Below, piece after piece: positions 60,617 to 64,000 of a stretch of 64,000 nucleotides of DNA. Positions within the stretch are counted from its first letter, which is position 1; every line of letters begins with the position of its first letter. Origin of the DNA: Alphaproteobacteria bacterium (lineage in GTDB: Bacteria > Pseudomonadota > Alphaproteobacteria > Sphingomonadales > Emcibacteraceae); the NCBI GenBank assembly GCA_024280095.1, contig JAJRQU010000019.1, positions 508-64,507 on the forward strand. Reading direction: 5' to 3'. The position numbers were made by a program, and so were the translations under genes. The notes below the pieces were generated by a model. That model worked only from the letters and a program-made list of their open reading frames with translations, was not told the DNA's origin and ran no database searches.

Positions 60617-61540
60617 ATGAAAAAAGTTGTTTTTATCTCGGTTCTCTTGTTCTCAGTCAGTATTCTTGCGTCATGTGACCAAAGCCCGAAAAGCTCTGAC
60701 GTTAAAGAAGACGTGACTAAAGCCGCCGTAAAAACGCCTTCGTCCACAGAAATATCAACAGAAATAAAGGCCGGAAACATCAAACTTTATGCCTTGGAAT
60801 GCGGGCGCATTGATATGCTTGATCTTGGGCTTTTTGCCCGTAATAAAGCTTTTGACGGCCGGACAAACAAAGCGATTTCATCATGCTATTTAATTCGTCA
60901 TCCAAAAGGTGACCTGCTGTGGGATACGGGCCTGCCGGACGCGTTAAATGAAACAGAGGGCGGCATTACAAATGGCCCATTTCACCTTAGCGTTCCCATA
61001 ACCCTCGAAAGCCAGTTAACGGATTTAGGGCTTAAGGCGGCTGATATTGACTTTATCTCTCTTTCCCATAGTCATTTTGATCATACGGGAAATGCGGGCC
61101 GTTATGCATCGGCAAACTTCATTGTTCATGAAGATGAGCGCGCCTATATGTTTAGAGAGGCGGCCCGGGCAGAAATGCAGACTTTCACAAATTATAGTGC
61201 GTTGGAAAAAGCGCAGACAACCAGTTTTACAGGCAGCTATGATGTCTTTGGGGACGGCAGCGTTAAAATTATTGAAACGCAGGGGCATACGCCCGGACAT
61301 ACCGTGCTGCAATTGGATCTTGAGAATGCCGGCACTCTTCTGTTAACGGGTGATTTATATCATTTGAACGAAGCCCGCGAATTGCGGACAGTTCCGGTCT
61401 TTAATACGGATGAGGCCGAAACGTTACGGTCTATGGATAAATTCGAGGCTTTGGCACAAGACACAAAAGCCAGAGTCATTATCCAGCATTCTATCAAGGA
61501 TTTCGAAGGGCTGCCGAAATTCCCGCATTATCTGGATTAA
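60617..61540 (+). CDS. N-acyl homoserine lactonase family metallo-beta-lactamase, predicted lipoprotein
   Basis: Lipobox LASC; LLWDTG, SHSHFDHTG (HxHxDH), GHTPGH, GDLYH, IIQH. Confidence 0.88.
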   Translation: MKKVVFISVLLFSVSILASCDQSPKSSDVKEDVTKAAVKTPSSTEISTEIKAGNIKLYALECGRIDMLDLGLFARNKAFDGRTNKAISSCYLIRHPKGDLLWDTGLPDALNETEGGITNGPFHLSVPITLESQLTDLGLKAADIDFISLSHSHFDHTGNAGRYASANFIVHEDERAYMFREAARAEMQTFTNYSALEKAQTTSFTGSYDVFGDGSVKIIETQGHTPGHTVLQLDLENAGTLLLTGDLYHLNEARELRTVPVFNTDEAETLRSMDKFEALAQDTKARVIIQHSIKDFEGLPKFPHYLD

Positions 61541-61622
61541 TATTTCTTCATCCGCTGTTTTTCAAAAGTTAAAAACAGCGTCTTTTGCAAGCCCGGTTCA
61601 ATCTTATCACGAAGAGGGTGCT

Positions 61623-62324
61623 ATGATAAATATACAGAAATATAAAGATCTGGGAAAATTAAATATTTCCTGGTTAAAGGCTAATTATCATTTTAGTTTT
61701 TCTAATTATTACAATCCCAAAAGAACAGGTTTTGGTAAACTTCTTGTTATAAATGATGATATTGTGAAAATCGGCGGCGGGTTTGAAACGCATCCTCATA
61801 AGGATATGGAAATTATAACCTACATAAGAAGCGGCGCAATAACGCATAAAGACAGCCAAGGCAATATAGGCAGAACTGAGGCTGGTGATGTACAGGTCAT
61901 GAGTGCTGGCACGGGGATTTATCATTCTGAACAAAATAAGGAAAATGAAGATACAAGACTTTATCAGATCTGGATTGAGCCTCATACAAAAGGCGTGAAG
62001 CCTAGATGGGATACATGCCGGTTTCCTAAAAAAACATATGAAAATAGCCTGCCTCTTATCGTATCTGGCAGAGAAGAAGACAAGACTAAAAAAGTCTTGC
62101 ATATAAATCAATATGCCTCTGTTCATGGTGGTACAATAAAAGCAGGCACAACCATTAATCACACAATAAAAGATCAAGCATATTTATTGGTTTCAAAGGG
62201 TGAGATAGATCTTGACGGAAATATCATTAATACCGGAGACGGCGCGGAGATTACAGATATAAAAAACATTATGATAACCGCTAAAACAGAAAGTGAAGTC
62301 ATCATAATCGATGTGCCTGAATAA
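61623..62324 (+). CDS. Pirin family protein (YhhW-like)
   Basis: HFSFSNYY, GFETHPHKDMEIITY, VQVMSAGTGIYHSE, YQIWI; ATG 61623 behind AGAGGG. Confidence 0.93.
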   Translation: MINIQKYKDLGKLNISWLKANYHFSFSNYYNPKRTGFGKLLVINDDIVKIGGGFETHPHKDMEIITYIRSGAITHKDSQGNIGRTEAGDVQVMSAGTGIYHSEQNKENEDTRLYQIWIEPHTKGVKPRWDTCRFPKKTYENSLPLIVSGREEDKTKKVLHINQYASVHGGTIKAGTTINHTIKDQAYLLVSKGEIDLDGNIINTGDGAEITDIKNIMITAKTESEVIIIDVPE

Positions 62325-62355
62325 TCATCAATTCAATTAATATAGGGATAGTAAA

Positions 62356-63855
62356 ATGACAAATTGGAAAAATGAGCCATTCATTTTAGATGTGGAAGAG
62401 GGTGACACGAAAGCATTTTGCATGTGTGGGTTATCAAAAAATGCCCCTTTTTGTGACGGGGCTCATACAGCAACATCAATTGTGCCAAAAGTTGTGATAT
62501 TCAATGAAGAAAAAACCGTTTATGCCTGTGGATGCAAACAATCTAAAAATCGTCCCTATTGTGATGGGACACATAAAAATATTAAGGAAACTGGCAAAGA
62601 AAATAATATTCCGCCGCTAGCCTCCGCAGAAAAGCCTATAGAAGAACATATTTCATTCATTCAGGAATTAGCTAAAAACGGGTTGTCAAAAGTCGGGCAT
62701 CATGGCCCTATGGCGGCGATGGGCGTACCGCGCAGGGATTTGCCGAGCTGGGACGATATTCAGTTTGTAACAGCACAATTAGCAAAACCTCCATTGCTTG
62801 AAAATGAAGCGGTAAGTACAAGTGTTATTATTGGCCCCAATGCAAAGAAACCGCTCACGCTCAAAATTCCAATATTTGTCTCTGATATGAGCTTTGGGGC
62901 GCTTTCACAAGAAGCTAAAGTTTCTTTGGCGAAAGGCGCAGAGCTTGCCGGAACAGGCATCTGTAGCGGCGAAGGGGGTATGTTGCCTGAGGAGCAAGAG
63001 GCTAATACACGATATTTTTATGAACTTGCCTCCGCTAAATTTGGGTTCTCAATTGAGAAGGTTAAAAAATCTCAGGCCTTTCATTTTAAGGGGGGTCAAG
63101 CCGCAAAAACGGGTACGGGTGGTCACCTTCCGGGAAATAAAGTAACAAAGAAAATCGCAGAGGTGAGGAAACTTAATGTGGGAGATGATGCTATTTCCCC
63201 GGCGCGTTTTCCTGAATGGACCAGCCCTGCCCAGATCAAGGAATTTGCTGATGAAATAAGACGTGAAACAGGCGGAATTCCCATTGGATACAAACTTTCT
63301 GCCCAACATATAGAAGAAGATATACAGGCGGCAATTGACGTTGGTGTTGATTATATAATTCTTGATGGAAGGGGGGGAGGAACCGGCGCCGCCCCGCTTA
63401 TTTTACGCGATAATATTTCTGTGCCCACGATCCCGGCCCTTGCCAGGGCAAGACGTTATCTGGATAAAATAGGCCGTAAAGATATCACGCTTGTTATAAC
63501 AGGTGGATTACGTACGCCTGCCGATTTCGCAAAAGCACTGGCTCTTGGGGCAGATGCCATCGCGGTATCCAATTCGGCTATGCAGGCAATTGGATGTATA
63601 GGAATGCGTGACTGTCACTCTAATAAATGCCCCGTAGGCATTGCAACACAAGATGAAGAACTGCGCAAAAGATTAAAGGTTGGAAAGGCTTCTGAAGGTC
63701 TGGCACGTTTCTTTGAATCATCTGTAGAACTCATGAATATATTGGCGCGCGCTTGCGGTCATAAATCTTTATCTGATTTTTCAATGAATGACCTTACAAC
63801 ATGGAAAAAAGATATGTCTGATCTATCCGGAATAAAATACGGCGGAATGAATTAA
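62356..63855 (+). CDS. Glutamate synthase-related FMN-binding protein with two N-terminal CDGSH Fe-S domains
   Basis: CMCGLSKNAPFCDGAH and CGCKQSKNRPYCDGTH; MSFGALS, SGEGG, GQAAKTGTGGHL, DGRGGGTGA, CIGMRDCHSNKCPVG. Confidence 0.9.
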   Translation: MTNWKNEPFILDVEEGDTKAFCMCGLSKNAPFCDGAHTATSIVPKVVIFNEEKTVYACGCKQSKNRPYCDGTHKNIKETGKENNIPPLASAEKPIEEHISFIQELAKNGLSKVGHHGPMAAMGVPRRDLPSWDDIQFVTAQLAKPPLLENEAVSTSVIIGPNAKKPLTLKIPIFVSDMSFGALSQEAKVSLAKGAELAGTGICSGEGGMLPEEQEANTRYFYELASAKFGFSIEKVKKSQAFHFKGGQAAKTGTGGHLPGNKVTKKIAEVRKLNVGDDAISPARFPEWTSPAQIKEFADEIRRETGGIPIGYKLSAQHIEEDIQAAIDVGVDYIILDGRGGGTGAAPLILRDNISVPTIPALARARRYLDKIGRKDITLVITGGLRTPADFAKALALGADAIAVSNSAMQAIGCIGMRDCHSNKCPVGIATQDEELRKRLKVGKASEGLARFFESSVELMNILARACGHKSLSDFSMNDLTTWKKDMSDLSGIKYGGMN

Positions 63856-64000
63856 GCGACTTTCTCCGCCCATTCCGCGAAGCATTTGACCAGCTCTTAG
63901 AAATGACAATAGCGGTCTTTGATGGTCTTGTGAATGGTGAACGCATTACCTATTGTCATGGGTACATGAGTATTGGTGACTTGCGCCTTAATTGCATATC

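Overview
A gene-dense, mostly accessory 64-kb window from a Gram-negative bacterium. Three TonB-dependent receptors and the gene content suggest a proteobacterium, probably alpha; that is inference. It has five blocks. (1) 1-22.8 kb: a catabolic island with a Tat-exported molybdo-oxidoreductase (IorAB type), AraC regulator, TonB receptor, GPH/MFS permease, two tandem Mer-like LLM oxidoreductases, GMC oxidase, atypical M24 hydrolase, SDR, a class III PLP enzyme + APH-type kinase pair, a full coenzyme F420 operon (npdG-cofE-cofD-cofC-fbiC) and XdhC. A shared TTGGC..AT.AT.CAA motif precedes three of its operons. (2) 22.9-40.3 kb: aromatic/phenolic catabolism (paraoxonase, aldehyde dehydrogenase, FAD monooxygenase, GST, FAH, cupin, MatB/ScpB-like pair, two TonB receptors). 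(3) 40.4-51.3 kb: a variant acyclic-terpene (atu) cluster. (4) 51.3-60.5 kb: an uncharacterised 8-gene envelope operon with a MotA/TolQ/ExbB channel, two ExbD-like Asp-bearing vWA proteins, a cysteine-free PEGA-FGE protein and exported partners. (5) 60.6-64 kb: AHL-lactonase-like lipoprotein, pirin and a CDGSH-glutamate-synthase-like protein. No rRNA, tRNA, CRISPR array or IS element was recognised. The best novelty candidates are the ExbB/vWA/PEGA-FGE ion-driven machine and the self-contained F420-dependent catabolic island. All calls are from motif recognition by eye; no database searches were run.
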